Counted from the stretch's first letter, positions 49,941-60,338 are shown. The stretch is 64,000 nucleotides of DNA from an uncultured Bdellovibrio sp. (GCA_963932905.1 CAWVRN010000023.1:1-64000), one strand, 5' to 3'. Numbers and translations: made by a program. The notes: generated by a model from the sequence alone, not told the origin.

Positions 49941-51086
49941 ATGGCATCGGAAGTTCAAGTTTTTGAAGGCGCATTAGATAAAGGCTTAGAAGGAATCGTA
50001 GCGTGTACAACGTCCGTTTCTTCAATCGTAGGTAACACTCTTAATTTTCGTGGTTACACAATCGAAGATTTAGCGCAAAATTCTACATTCGAAGAAGTAG
50101 TATATTTACTCTGGAATAACAAGCTTCCGAATGCAGGTGAACTAGAAACGTTCAAAACAGCATTGCACAAAGAAACTGTTTTAAGCCCTGAATACATCAA
50201 AATCTTGAAAACAATTCCAACTAAAGGCGTTCACCCAATGGCATGGTTGCGTACTGCGGTTTCGTTAACAGCACACTTAGATGCGGACGCTAATGATATG
50301 TCAGTAGAAGCGAACAAACGCAAAGCTATGAGTCTAACGGGAAAAATGGGGACCATCGTTTGTGCCTTCGATGCTATCCGTAACGGTCGCGATCCCATCG
50401 CTCCGGTAGCTGGCAAAAGCATCGCATGGAATTTCATGTACATGCTTGGCGCGGGTAAAGAGCCAGATGCGGAATCAGTAAAAGTTTTCGATACCTGTTT
50501 GATCCTGCATGCTGACCATGAATTAAATTGTTCTGCGTTCGCTACGCGCGTAACAGCGTCGTCATTATCTGATCTACACTCGGCGATCGTTTCTGCGATC
50601 GGCGCACTGAAAGGTCCTTTGCACGGTGGTGCGAATGAACAAGTGATGATCATGCTTAAAAAAATCGGCACTATCGAAAAAGCACAGCAATTCGTAAAAG
50701 ATGCTTTAGATGCTAAAGAAAAAGTAATGGGTATTGGTCACCGCGTTTACAAAAACGGTGATCCACGTGCAGCCATCTTAAGAAAAATTTCTGAAAAATT
50801 AACTCAAAAAATCGGTGAACCACAATGGTATCAAATGTCGACATTGATAGACGATACTATGAACAAAGAAAAAGGTTTAATGCCGAATGTAGATTTCTAT
50901 TCAGCGACGGTTTATTACGCGATGAAAATTCCAACTGACATCTATACACCAATCTTTGCAGTTTCTAGGATTGCCGGCTGGTGCGCTCACGCGTTTGAAC
51001 AGTACGCGAACAACCGTATTTACCGTCCACGCAGTAAGTGGCAGGGTAGAGAAGGTCTAACTTGGACTCCTGTTCAATCTAGGTAA
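49941..51086 (+). CDS. gltA: Citrate synthase
   Basis: GLEGI, HADHELNCS, GPLHGGANE, GIGHRVYK, PNVDFYS. Confidence 0.92.
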   Translation: MASEVQVFEGALDKGLEGIVACTTSVSSIVGNTLNFRGYTIEDLAQNSTFEEVVYLLWNNKLPNAGELETFKTALHKETVLSPEYIKILKTIPTKGVHPMAWLRTAVSLTAHLDADANDMSVEANKRKAMSLTGKMGTIVCAFDAIRNGRDPIAPVAGKSIAWNFMYMLGAGKEPDAESVKVFDTCLILHADHELNCSAFATRVTASSLSDLHSAIVSAIGALKGPLHGGANEQVMIMLKKIGTIEKAQQFVKDALDAKEKVMGIGHRVYKNGDPRAAILRKISEKLTQKIGEPQWYQMSTLIDDTMNKEKGLMPNVDFYSATVYYAMKIPTDIYTPIFAVSRIAGWCAHAFEQYANNRIYRPRSKWQGREGLTWTPVQSR

Positions 51087-51094
51087 ATCATCAT

Positions 51095-51137
51095 TCAGAC
51101 ATCAGGATATCGGATATCCTGATATCTCGATATCTGA
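51095..51137. repeat. GATATC-containing 7-8-nt degenerate tandem repeat forming a palindrome
   Basis: ttcagacatcaggatatcggatatcctgatatctcgatatctga; atcaggatatc/gatatcctgat inverted pair at 51101-51123. Confidence 0.6.
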
Positions 51138-51147
51138 AGGGAAAACT

Positions 51148-51546
51148 ATGGCTAGCATTTTTACGAAAATTATTAATGGCGAGTTGCCTTGCTATAAAGT
51201 TTTTGAAGACGATCAATCGATTTCTTTCTTAGCTTTGGATCAGGTGACTCGTGGCCATACGTTAGTTGTGCCTAAAGTGGAAGTCGATCACTGGGTCGAC
51301 GTTCCAGAAGAAGTCTTTTTAAAGGTTCAATCGAATGCGCAAATGATTGCCAAAGCAGTTCAAAAATATACCGAAGCGCCTCGCATTTTAACGGCTACCA
51401 TTGGATTTGAAGTGCCTCATTATCATTTGCATTTGGTACCTGGCAAAAAGCTGGCGGACCTGGACTTTACTAAAGGCAAGCGTTTGCCGGCTGACGAAAT
51501 GGAAAAGATCCAAAAAGGCATTATCTCATTTTTAAAGTCTGAATAG
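51148..51546 (+). CDS. HIT family protein
   Basis: SIFTKII.GELP, GHTLVVPK, VPHYHLHLVP. Confidence 0.93.
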   Translation: MASIFTKIINGELPCYKVFEDDQSISFLALDQVTRGHTLVVPKVEVDHWVDVPEEVFLKVQSNAQMIAKAVQKYTEAPRILTATIGFEVPHYHLHLVPGKKLADLDFTKGKRLPADEMEKIQKGIISFLKSE

Positions 51547-51584
51547 ACTTTTGTTTCGTTACTTTTCGTCCGATCTATTTATAG

Positions 51585-52046
51585 ATGAAGAGTCACTATT
51601 TATACCCTGGTAACATTGCGGCTTTTAAAGAAGAGACCGTAATTTCCACACTGCTTGGCAGCTGTGTAGCGGTGGCTTTGTATGATCCCGAGAAGAAAAT
51701 CGGTGGTTTGAATCATTACCTATTGCCCGAACCGACTCCGAACGACGCCGTTAGCCCACGCTATGGTACAATCGCTATTTCAGAACTTATCTCGCAATTA
51801 AAACGCCTAGGTGCTAACACCAACAATCTAAAAGCCAAAATTTATGGTGGTGGGAATGTGATCACAAACGTTCTTAGTGGTCCGTCGATTGGGTCACTGA
51901 ATATTGCGGTGGCTGAAAAAACTTTGAAACATTTAGGCATTCCCATCGTTGAAAAGAACGTTGGCGGCACGAAAGCCCGCACAATTAAGCTCAATACGAC
52001 TACGTTTGCAGTTTTACATAACTTTTCTGATGAGAGAGCGGCTTAA
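51585..52046 (+). CDS. cheD: Chemoreceptor glutamine deamidase CheD
   Basis: TLLGSCVAV, GLNHYLLP, AKIYGGG, NVGG..AR. Confidence 0.93.
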   Translation: MKSHYLYPGNIAAFKEETVISTLLGSCVAVALYDPEKKIGGLNHYLLPEPTPNDAVSPRYGTIAISELISQLKRLGANTNNLKAKIYGGGNVITNVLSGPSIGSLNIAVAEKTLKHLGIPIVEKNVGGTKARTIKLNTTTFAVLHNFSDERAA

Positions 52047-52104
52047 AAGTCTCTTCCGCAAAAGATTCTTGCTAAATTTATAGGTTCATTGTGTATTCAC
52101 GATT

Positions 52105-53487
52105 ATGAATTCTTTGAAACGTTTATTAGATCAGTTAAATGGGGCTCAGGGGCCTTTATCCATCTGGACAACTGGTACTGAGGGTGATGTTGGTTACGCC
52201 GTCGCTGGCAATTCGACAGGTACGCAAACGATAAATAGTTATTTTAGTGATAAAATCGCTTTCCAGGTTAAGGAAGCCGATGCACTTCAAGTGATTTCTA
52301 AAATTCAGCAAACTAAAAAAGCTCAGGTGAAAACTGAAAATTGGGATGTGAATGAACTTCGCAGCCGATTTGAGAAAATTAAATCTATTGTAGAGGAAAA
52401 CAAATCGTCTATCGCGGGTTTGGAAGCTCACTTTCAGGGAACAACCCGTAAATTTCAGCTAGAATGGTCTGTAGGACCCATTCTAAATATGATCGATCAG
52501 TTTTTAGATCAGTCAGAAAAATACGATGTTGCTAGTGCAAAAGGTTTGATTGGCGCGATAACTCCGCGAGCGAGTTCATTTTATGAAATAGGTTGGCGTA
52601 TCCTATTCGCAATTTTTCACAAAGACGGTGTGTTAATTAAACCGGCGACAGAAACAGCATTAAGTGCCGTTATCTGGCAGGAAGTTTTAAGGGACTGCGA
52701 TATCCCGGACAGTTTAGTTAGTTTTGTTTATGGTTCAGGCCAGACAGTCGGTAATCTACTATTTGATCATCCGGGAGTTAAAAACCTATCATTCTCGGGC
52801 TCACACGACAGTTTAAAATCATACACACTTACTTTAGAAAAAAAGTATCAGTTGTTCTTGAATGGTAAAAATGCGGTCTGTGTTTTAAGTGACTTTGATT
52901 ATAAAAGTCAGATGAAAAATTTAGTTCGATTGTTTATCGAACATAATGGCCGATCGGTATTTTCACCATCACGATTGTTTGTAATTGATACCGTTGAAAA
53001 GGATTTCAAACAGGCGTTGGCTGCCTATTTACTGACGGTACCGACCTTGAAGTCGATAGACGATGAGTTTGGTTATTTACCATTACGAGATTTTGAAAAG
53101 AAAAAAATGCTGGAAATAAAGTCTCGTTTTGAATCGGAAGAGGCAAAGATTATCTATGGTAACGATGACTTTTTGTTTTATTCGGATCTGCCGAATTGTT
53201 CTGAACTGTACCAAGAAAATTTGGAATTGCCAGTTTATAACTTAACGGCGGTGAAATATTCACACGAGATGGTGAAGTGGTTGAACAACAGTTCGTTCGG
53301 TCATTCAGTTGTTATCTTTGGACCAGAAGAAAAAACTAAAAAGTTAGCGATGAAATCAGAAGTCGGAAAAGTCATTTTTAATCCCATGTCGCTAAAGAAT
53401 GAGTGGGTGAGTCCGGTGAAAATGTCGGGCTTTGGTGAAGTTAACAATTCTATTCCTAATTCTTTTTACTCCTACGTGAAAGTTTAA
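52105..53487 (+). CDS. Aldehyde dehydrogenase-fold protein, catalytically degenerate
   Basis: IKPATET, HPGVKNLSFSGS, NGKN, KMSGFG; lacks the catalytic Cys and Glu motifs. Confidence 0.7.
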   Translation: MNSLKRLLDQLNGAQGPLSIWTTGTEGDVGYAVAGNSTGTQTINSYFSDKIAFQVKEADALQVISKIQQTKKAQVKTENWDVNELRSRFEKIKSIVEENKSSIAGLEAHFQGTTRKFQLEWSVGPILNMIDQFLDQSEKYDVASAKGLIGAITPRASSFYEIGWRILFAIFHKDGVLIKPATETALSAVIWQEVLRDCDIPDSLVSFVYGSGQTVGNLLFDHPGVKNLSFSGSHDSLKSYTLTLEKKYQLFLNGKNAVCVLSDFDYKSQMKNLVRLFIEHNGRSVFSPSRLFVIDTVEKDFKQALAAYLLTVPTLKSIDDEFGYLPLRDFEKKKMLEIKSRFESEEAKIIYGNDDFLFYSDLPNCSELYQENLELPVYNLTAVKYSHEMVKWLNNSSFGHSVVIFGPEEKTKKLAMKSEVGKVIFNPMSLKNEWVSPVKMSGFGEVNNSIPNSFYSYVKV

Positions 53488-53532
53488 TTTGTAGAAAATT
53501 AAACTCGATCTGACGTTTGAAAATAGGCAGGG

Positions 53533-55554
53533 TTAGCGGAGCAACTTCAAGGCTGCTTCAAATTGTGGATCTTCGGAAAGTGAATCGAATGGATACTCAA
53601 CTTGATGATCTGGTGATATACCGGCACCCTCAATTTTGACTCCATCCAATGCTATTCCATTAATAGCAAGATAAAGGATATATCCTCTATTTTCCTCAGC
53701 GAAAAACCCACGACCTGAAACAAATGCTCCCGCAGTTCTTGAGCCAATAAGTTTTGCCCGTTTAGTCTTCTGAAACTGATAGGCTAGGGCTTCCTTCCCG
53801 CTGCGAACCCCTTCATTAATTAAAACGACTAAAGGTTTTGTAAAAACATTTGTATTTTCCTTAGTTTCCGCTTTGAAGCTATCAAGAGATCCATCTCGAC
53901 TTTCAACCGTGGGTACAAAGTAGCTTGAAGTGTCAGGAAAAAATGGATCCAAGTGGTTCCACCATGCCGCGCCAAACCCATCTCGAAGGTCCAAGATAAG
54001 GCCATCAACTGTCGTCATTTTTTCCTGCAAAATTTTGCTGAGTGTTTGACTCGAGTTGAATGCCCCAGTCCACAGTTGTAAATAACCAATTTTTTTATCT
54101 CCGCTGGTTATAATTCGTGCGCTATTTTCAGTTGCCTGCAAGAATGAACTCATAATTGATTCAGTAACAGGCACAATCGTTTTTCTGATTTTCCGTCCCT
54201 TACGCAAAAATGAAATTTCATAATTTTTTGCTCCGTTCAAAAAGGAACGTATGGGATGAAATGGTTTTCCATCGACGGAAATCATTTCGTCTCCGCGCCG
54301 AAGTCCAATTTTTTCAGCCGGATAACCCTGAAGAACTGTTCTAATAGTGTAGCGAGCGTCACTACTTTTGAATTGGGCCCCCATGTGACTAACCTTTGGC
54401 TCTAAAGGATCGTGAGTTGAAAATAATGAGCGGAAAAAATAATAATCTGGATTTCCTTCAACATACAAGTGAGTGTGGGAAACCCCAAGACTGTCTAGAA
54501 AAGGATTAATGATTTTATCTAAGTCATGAAGCGTAGTTTGTGTTGATATTTGAGATAGAAGTTCATCGTGTTTCTCATTGGTAAAAAGATTTCCTTTTTG
54601 CTTAGGATAAATATTTGTCTTTGCAGTATTCCAAATTCTTTCAAAAGTGACAGAAACAAGTTCTGTGGTACTAAGATCTGAATGTTTCAGAAGTAACCGG
54701 ACTTGCTCCATCAACTGCGATTCATCGTTTTTTAAACCAACCGGTCGAAATACGGCAACTGATTGGGAGTCGTTTTCAAACTTCTTCTGAAGATCTGAAA
54801 TATGAAGGGCACCAATAACTACGACTGTGCGCCCAGGCAGGCCGTGGACGGCCTCTACAAATTTGCCATTGCGTTTTTCAATTAATGAAGTGAACTCTTC
54901 AAAGCGTCTTAGGATTTCATCACCAAGTATCGCTTTCACAGCCGGATCTGAAACTGAAGGACTTAAAAGAAGAACTTTTTTTACTGTTTCAATATAGCTC
55001 TTTTGTTGACCTGGTGAATTTTTAAATTGCTCAATTCGTTGCTTAAATCCCAAGAGGCCTCGAAGATCAGAAAAAGCCAATTGATTTTGGCGAATCAGCT
55101 GAAGACTATCACCACAAACAACCTTAGCTTTTGATTTATATCTTGCCTTTAGTTTAATTCCCACATGGGTTAACGCTGCATTTTGTGTCTGTGTATCTGA
55201 TTTCTCGAGGTCTTCTAAACTCCATCCATTGAATCTCTCTTTGAAGCCAGGTCCTATTTCGCCTTCGCAACCCTCGACAACCACATTTTGAATCTGGTGT
55301 GCGTCAATCCATTCAACTAGTTGATGGTAAATCGCATTTTGATTTTCCCATTGAGGAAAAGAGGTCGCGACATTTTCTTTAGTGTTCGGTTGTGGAGACA
55401 AGTGCCATTGCGGAATCAATACAAGTTTAACCTGCGTTTTTGTTAAATCGAAGGTCCCGTATTGAGTGCTATTTAGAGGTAAATCAGAAACTTGAACGCT
55501 TTGGCAGGCCGAAACAAGTAAAAAAAATAGGAAAATGATTTTCAAATAATTCAT
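53533..55554 (-). CDS. Lipoprotein: N-terminal TraB/GumN-like domain fused to PDZ + S41 peptidase
   Basis: Lipobox VSAC; N-half QWH/VEGC/RN/IGALH; C-half GYPAEKIGLRRGD (PDZ), LILDLRDGFG, RSGKE, EGAGISPD. Confidence 0.75.
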   Translation of the reverse strand: MNYLKIIFLFFLLVSACQSVQVSDLPLNSTQYGTFDLTKTQVKLVLIPQWHLSPQPNTKENVATSFPQWENQNAIYHQLVEWIDAHQIQNVVVEGCEGEIGPGFKERFNGWSLEDLEKSDTQTQNAALTHVGIKLKARYKSKAKVVCGDSLQLIRQNQLAFSDLRGLLGFKQRIEQFKNSPGQQKSYIETVKKVLLLSPSVSDPAVKAILGDEILRRFEEFTSLIEKRNGKFVEAVHGLPGRTVVVIGALHISDLQKKFENDSQSVAVFRPVGLKNDESQLMEQVRLLLKHSDLSTTELVSVTFERIWNTAKTNIYPKQKGNLFTNEKHDELLSQISTQTTLHDLDKIINPFLDSLGVSHTHLYVEGNPDYYFFRSLFSTHDPLEPKVSHMGAQFKSSDARYTIRTVLQGYPAEKIGLRRGDEMISVDGKPFHPIRSFLNGAKNYEISFLRKGRKIRKTIVPVTESIMSSFLQATENSARIITSGDKKIGYLQLWTGAFNSSQTLSKILQEKMTTVDGLILDLRDGFGAAWWNHLDPFFPDTSSYFVPTVESRDGSLDSFKAETKENTNVFTKPLVVLINEGVRSGKEALAYQFQKTKRAKLIGSRTAGAFVSGRGFFAEENRGYILYLAINGIALDGVKIEGAGISPDHQVEYPFDSLSEDPQFEAALKLLR

Positions 55555-55767
55555 AGGCTAATCACATTTCATTTCACGGACAATTGCAATTGCCAAAACA
55601 ACCTATTCGATATGAAGCCCGTAAAAAGAATGGACCTTTTCCCAAACTCGACAGTGCCGCCTTTTGTATTCGCAGCTATGGGACGTCTACGAATTGAGTC
55701 GCTGTATGACGAGTTTCGGACATTGACCGCCTAATCCAAATAGACTCGGGTTAATGCCTTTTTAAAT

Positions 55768-55783
55768 TGGCACATTTTTTGAG
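55768..55783 (+). promoter_or_regulatory. Putative sigma54 promoter
   Basis: TGGCAC-ATTTT-TTGAG: perfect -24 box, -12 box TTGA instead of TTGC. Confidence 0.45.
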
Positions 55784-55843
55784 AACTCAATTCTTTTGTT
55801 AGAGCCCTGTCTCGTCAATAATGACTGATTGGAGAAAACCCAT

Positions 55844-56944
55844 ATGAAACTATCGAAAACTTTATCTCATCAATTTATTTCTTCACTTGTTCTTTGTTCA
55901 TTGGTTGCAAGTGCGACAATGGCTGTAAGTAACGTTTACGATGCTGAACAAAGAGTGGCTAGTGGAAACTACGAACAACTACTTGAAATTACACGCGATG
56001 GGATGATTCTCATGAGGAACTTGGGAGCTTACGGACAAAATAGTGCCGAGGGGTTAGATCTATTTAGCCTTCGGCAACTTATGTCCTCTATCATAGGTAT
56101 TGATCTTACCGTCGAAAAGGAAGCCCAAGCTAAAGTAGTCGCTAAAATACTCAGAGATTTTCCAACATTATCTAATTCTTCAACAGGCGCCGTAGGGCTT
56201 AACTTTACCAATATCTCGCTAATTCTAAGAGAGCATTTAGAAGAGCGCTCCAAGATATATGGTTTAAGCGATAGTAAAGCTCGATCTAAGCTTCTGGAAT
56301 TGAACGCAAAGACGGCGAAGTCGCTCAGAAGTCTAAATGTCTTTTCATCTCATCCGGCCACGGACGGTGCCCTGTCGGTTATGAAATCACGAATGAGCGA
56401 ATACCTTGATGGTTACAACAAGGTGGCCCAAAAAATTCTATTGAAATCCTACACTGCTGGATACATTTCTAGCGCTAAACGCGCTATGGAGAAAGCAAGC
56501 GTTGCAGGTCTCTATTCAAGTGACGGTTTTAGCCTTCTCAGTGTACGAGACGCTATGGTTGTGGCTATTGCGGTGGATCTGGAAAAAACGCCGTCTCGTC
56601 AAGCCAAGGCCGCATTGGAAGCACTTAAAAAAGTCAACATGGTCGGCGGTTTCTCAGCGGCAGACCTTAATATGGCGAGCATTTTAAGTGTATTGAGAGA
56701 GTACTTAACTGAACGAAGTAAGGTGACCGAGTCCGGTTCTATTTCTTCGGTAAAGCAAATTTCTGAAATCAGGAAGAAGTATGCTATGCTTTTAGATGCT
56801 CAAAATACTTACTCTGGCCAAGCGGCAACGGATTTAAGTTTGTTTAGTTTAAAGACTCAGATGACCGAGTATTTAAGTGGTGTTAATGAGGTAATTGGCT
56901 CAAGCTCTGTTGCTGGATATCAGTGTCTTCAGGTTTATAAGTAG
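55844..56944 (+). CDS. Secreted hypothetical helical protein with internal duplication
   Basis: Signal peptide (TMA); LREHLEERSK/LREYLTERSK and MSEYLDGYN/MTEYLSGVN repeats; ATG 55844 after GGAG. Confidence 0.75.
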   Translation: MKLSKTLSHQFISSLVLCSLVASATMAVSNVYDAEQRVASGNYEQLLEITRDGMILMRNLGAYGQNSAEGLDLFSLRQLMSSIIGIDLTVEKEAQAKVVAKILRDFPTLSNSSTGAVGLNFTNISLILREHLEERSKIYGLSDSKARSKLLELNAKTAKSLRSLNVFSSHPATDGALSVMKSRMSEYLDGYNKVAQKILLKSYTAGYISSAKRAMEKASVAGLYSSDGFSLLSVRDAMVVAIAVDLEKTPSRQAKAALEALKKVNMVGGFSAADLNMASILSVLREYLTERSKVTESGSISSVKQISEIRKKYAMLLDAQNTYSGQAATDLSLFSLKTQMTEYLSGVNEVIGSSSVAGYQCLQVYK

Positions 56945-57068
56945 GCTTCGGCCCTTTGATCTGGAAATGGACCGGTTTGCCTCACTATATTTTGAGGAGC
57001 TTGAGTTAGCGCTTCTTTACCATGATGAAAATTCGTGTGGTGCCAGTGTATCGCTCTGAGAACTGCGA

Positions 57069-57842
57069 CTATTGCGATGTCCAGCCACCATCCAACGTCA
57101 TCGAAGCGCCGGTGATATTTTTTCCAGCTGGCGAGCAAAGGAACAGAACTAGTTCCGCGATGTCAGAAACTTCTGTGAATGTTTTTGAAGGTTGTTTTTC
57201 TTCAAGTAGTTTCACACTAGCTTGTTCGATGCTGATATTTTCCTTTTTAGCCCTGTCTTGAATTTGATTTTCTACAAGCGGTGTCTTTACCCATCCGGGG
57301 CAGATCGAATTGCAGGTAACGCCAGTTCCGGCTGTTTCTAATGCTACTGTTTTAGATAAACCGATCAGGCCATGTTTCGCGGAAACGTACGCTGATTTAT
57401 TTACTGAAGCGACCAAGCCATGAACCGATGAAATGTTAATGATTCGACCTATGTTAGACGGTTTTTGCTTTAGAAAATTTTGAATCAACATAAATGGAAC
57501 AGTTAGGTGAAGTTGTAAAAGAAGTTCCCATTTTTCAATTGGAAAATCTTGCACCGGAGACACAAATTGCAAACCCGCATTGTTGATTAATATCGAATGA
57601 GCAGGCAGCGCCAAAAGAAATTTTTGAAATTTTGCTTTATCCGAAAAATCGACTGAGTGATATTGAATATTCACGCCAGTTTGATTTTTCAAGTTTTCAA
57701 TTTTATCTTTGACTTGGTCTTCTGTTTCTAAACCCTGCAAGATCAAATTGATTTTTTGTTTAGCAAGCGCTTGAGCGATTCCCCAACCTATCCCGCTAGA
57801 ACTACCCGTAACTAAAGCCCATTGATTATTAAATTGATTCAT
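57069..57842 (-). CDS. 3-hydroxybutyrate dehydrogenase (SDR)
   Basis: TGSSSGIG, NNAGLQFV, SVHGLVAS.NKSAYVSAKHG, ICPGWVKTPLV, DGGWT; start likely ATG 57842 (track 57872). Confidence 0.88.
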   Translation of the reverse strand: MNQFNNQWALVTGSSSGIGWGIAQALAKQKINLILQGLETEDQVKDKIENLKNQTGVNIQYHSVDFSDKAKFQKFLLALPAHSILINNAGLQFVSPVQDFPIEKWELLLQLHLTVPFMLIQNFLKQKPSNIGRIINISSVHGLVASVNKSAYVSAKHGLIGLSKTVALETAGTGVTCNSICPGWVKTPLVENQIQDRAKKENISIEQASVKLLEEKQPSKTFTEVSDIAELVLFLCSPAGKNITGASMTLDGGWTSQ

Positions 57843-57990
57843 GCACAGAGGTTTAACAGGACCAATATCCACAAGGCAACCAGATCTTGGTAAGACAACA
57901 AATTTTCATGTCAAGTCGTTTCTTTAGACTTCGGGGGTTGAGTTTTGAAATCTGTTTGACGATAGTTTCGACAGAAATTTTGGAGGATAG

Positions 57991-59409
57991 ATGTCCATCA
58001 CTCGACAAATTTGGCTTTTAACTACCGTATTAATTTCTGGCTTAATATTTACAGGATTTTTCTCGTACATTAAATCAGGTCAGTTGTTAGATAGTTTACA
58101 TAACGTCAGCAAAAATCAATTGCCCGCAACGCGGAATATGCTTCTTGCCGACATGATGCATGATGGTCTACGTGCTGTTGTTTACAACGCAATCATAGCG
58201 GCCGAAAGTAAAAATTCAGATGAATTGGCTGATCTTGTAAAAGAAGTGGAAGAAAAAGGAAACCAATTTTCTACCTATATTAACAATTTAGGTGAGCTTG
58301 GTATTAAACCCGCAACTCGCGATGCCATAAACCAAGTTAAGCCAGTGTTAACTAGTTATGCGAAGCAAAGTTTCGAATTGGTTTTGTTAGCCAGGGACGG
58401 AAAAGCAGACGAATTAAAAGCTAAACTGCCAAAATTTATGGAAGTCTTTCGTGTACTCGAAGGCAAAATGGAAACTCTGGGCGAATTAATCGAAAAGGAC
58501 GCCAGCGAAATCAATGATGAAGGTAAAACCATTCAGACAATGATAGGCGTCTTTATTTCCGTATTTATTCTACTTGGTTTTGCGATTTCATTTATCACCA
58601 TCCGCAAAGTAGTGGCTACGTTAAACGGCATGACAATGAAAATCAGTGGTGCTTCAAAAGACTTAAATGGTTCGAGCGAAGATTTAGCCAAATCGTCGCA
58701 ATCGTTTTCGGCGGGTTTAACTCAGACGTCGGCATTTTTACAGGAATCCGTGGCGTCATTGGAAGAGATAAGTTCAATGGTTAAAAAGAACAACGAACAT
58801 TCTGATGCTGCCTATGAATTGTCGCAAACGAGTTTGCGACTTTCAAAAAATGGATATGAAGAAATGGGCGCATTGGTTAAGGCTATGAGTGAAATCAACG
58901 ACGTGTCTAAAAAGATAGAAGAGATCATTCTGGTTATTGACGATATCGCATTTCAAACTAATCTTCTGGCATTAAACGCTGCTGTTGAAGCCGCACGCGC
59001 CGGTGAGCAAGGTAAAGGTTTTGCGGTTGTAGCGGAAGCCGTTCGTGCGTTAGCCCAACGAAGTGCCGTAGCAGCGAAAGATATCACGTCACTTATTCAA
59101 GACAGTGTTGAAAAAATCAAAACAGGATCAAGTTCTGTTAATTCAAATGAAAAAACAATTCGCGAAATCAATGATTCCATGACTAAACTTGGTATGATCA
59201 GTAAAGAAATCGCCCAGGCCAGTCGCGAACAATCAGCGGCAATTGAGCAAATCAACAAAGCGATGAATCAGCTGGATCAAGCGTCCCAATCGCAGGCCAA
59301 TTCGTCAAAGCAAGTATCAGATCAGTCAGGTCGTTTGTACGATAATTCTCTTGGATTAGAGAAACTCGTGAAGGACATGGATTATATGATTTATGGAAGG
59401 GCCTCTTAG
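57991..59409 (+). CDS. Methyl-accepting chemotaxis protein
   Basis: Two TM helices, [34 protein letters not shown]. Confidence 0.95.
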   Translation: MSITRQIWLLTTVLISGLIFTGFFSYIKSGQLLDSLHNVSKNQLPATRNMLLADMMHDGLRAVVYNAIIAAESKNSDELADLVKEVEEKGNQFSTYINNLGELGIKPATRDAINQVKPVLTSYAKQSFELVLLARDGKADELKAKLPKFMEVFRVLEGKMETLGELIEKDASEINDEGKTIQTMIGVFISVFILLGFAISFITIRKVVATLNGMTMKISGASKDLNGSSEDLAKSSQSFSAGLTQTSAFLQESVASLEEISSMVKKNNEHSDAAYELSQTSLRLSKNGYEEMGALVKAMSEINDVSKKIEEIILVIDDIAFQTNLLALNAAVEAARAGEQGKGFAVVAEAVRALAQRSAVAAKDITSLIQDSVEKIKTGSSSVNSNEKTIREINDSMTKLGMISKEIAQASREQSAAIEQINKAMNQLDQASQSQANSSKQVSDQSGRLYDNSLGLEKLVKDMDYMIYGRAS

Positions 59410-59444
59410 GCCTTTTTGAAAAACTTCCCTGTCCGAAATTGGTT

Positions 59445-60098
59445 TTATTGATAGTCGTTCTTCGGGCAAATAGGATCAAGCGGACAAATGTCACATTGTG
59501 GATTGCGGGCTTTACAAATCTGCCGTCCTAAGAAAATCATTTGGTGAGATATTTTAATCCAATTCTTTTTGGGAACAATCTTAAGTAAATCTTGTTCAAT
59601 CTTTTCAGGAGTTTTGTTTTTCGTTAGCCCCAAACGCTGACTAATGCGACTGACGTGTGTATCCACCACGATCCCATTGGGAATTTCAAATGCGACTCCT
59701 AAAACAACATTCGCTGTCTTTCTGCCTACACCCGCAAGGGCGGTCAATGAATCCACATCTTTGGGGACTTGGCCATTGTGTTTATCGCAAATGTCTTGGC
59801 TGCATAGCTTGATATTTTTGGCTTTGTTTTTATAAAATCCTGTAGATTTGATTAGTTCTTCAATTTTTTCAATGGGTGCGACAGCCATCGCTTCAGGACT
59901 GCCGAAGTTTTTAAACAAATTGGGAGTCACTTTGTTCACTCGCTCGTCCGTACATTGAGCCGACAAAATAGTGGCGATTAACAGTTCAAATGGACTCTTA
60001 TGAGTCAGTTCGCAGTAGGCATCAGGGTATTTTCTATGAAGTCGTTTGAGAGTGTCTTGAGGGTCTAGTGCTTTTTCGAATTTCTTTTTTTTTGCCAT
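59445..60098 (-). CDS. nth: Endonuclease III
   Basis: LIATILSAQCTD, HhH LAGVGRKTANVV, VDTHV, CKARNPQCDICPLDPIC. Confidence 0.96.
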   Translation of the reverse strand: MAKKKKFEKALDPQDTLKRLHRKYPDAYCELTHKSPFELLIATILSAQCTDERVNKVTPNLFKNFGSPEAMAVAPIEKIEELIKSTGFYKNKAKNIKLCSQDICDKHNGQVPKDVDSLTALAGVGRKTANVVLGVAFEIPNGIVVDTHVSRISQRLGLTKNKTPEKIEQDLLKIVPKKNWIKISHQMIFLGRQICKARNPQCDICPLDPICPKNDYQ

Positions 60099-60104
60099 TA
60101 AGAA

Positions 60105-60338
60105 TTAGGCGCCGAAATCGCCGATAGCTTCCACTGGGCAACCAGTCATTGCTTCTTGGCAGGCGGCTTCTTCAGCTGGACTATCGGGCTGTTTTTTTAC
60201 AAAGGCGTGGCCGTCTTCAGGGTGCATCCCGAAATTATCGGGAGCTGACAAAACGCAGGCGTCACATGCGATACACGATTGGTCTACGAACATTTTGCCT
60301 TCAACGTTTTCTTTCCACTTTTGTTTTAAATCTGCCAT
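60105..60338 (-). CDS. Ferredoxin
   Basis: CIACDAC...CPVEAI. Confidence 0.9.
   Translation of the reverse strand: MADLKQKWKENVEGKMFVDQSCIACDACVLSAPDNFGMHPEDGHAFVKKQPDSPAEEAACQEAMTGCPVEAIGDFGA

Noticed and set aside
7..57930. Loose GTCT...AGAC-like intergenic half-palindromes (e.g. 7-20, 2795-2807, 36914-36920, 48940-48954, 55735-55745)
   Set aside because: Too degenerate to support by eye; needs motif discovery on intergenic DNA
57939..57965. Possible sigma28 promoter of the MCP (TGAG-N15-GACGATAG)
   Set aside because: Mismatches in both boxes; plausible but not supportable
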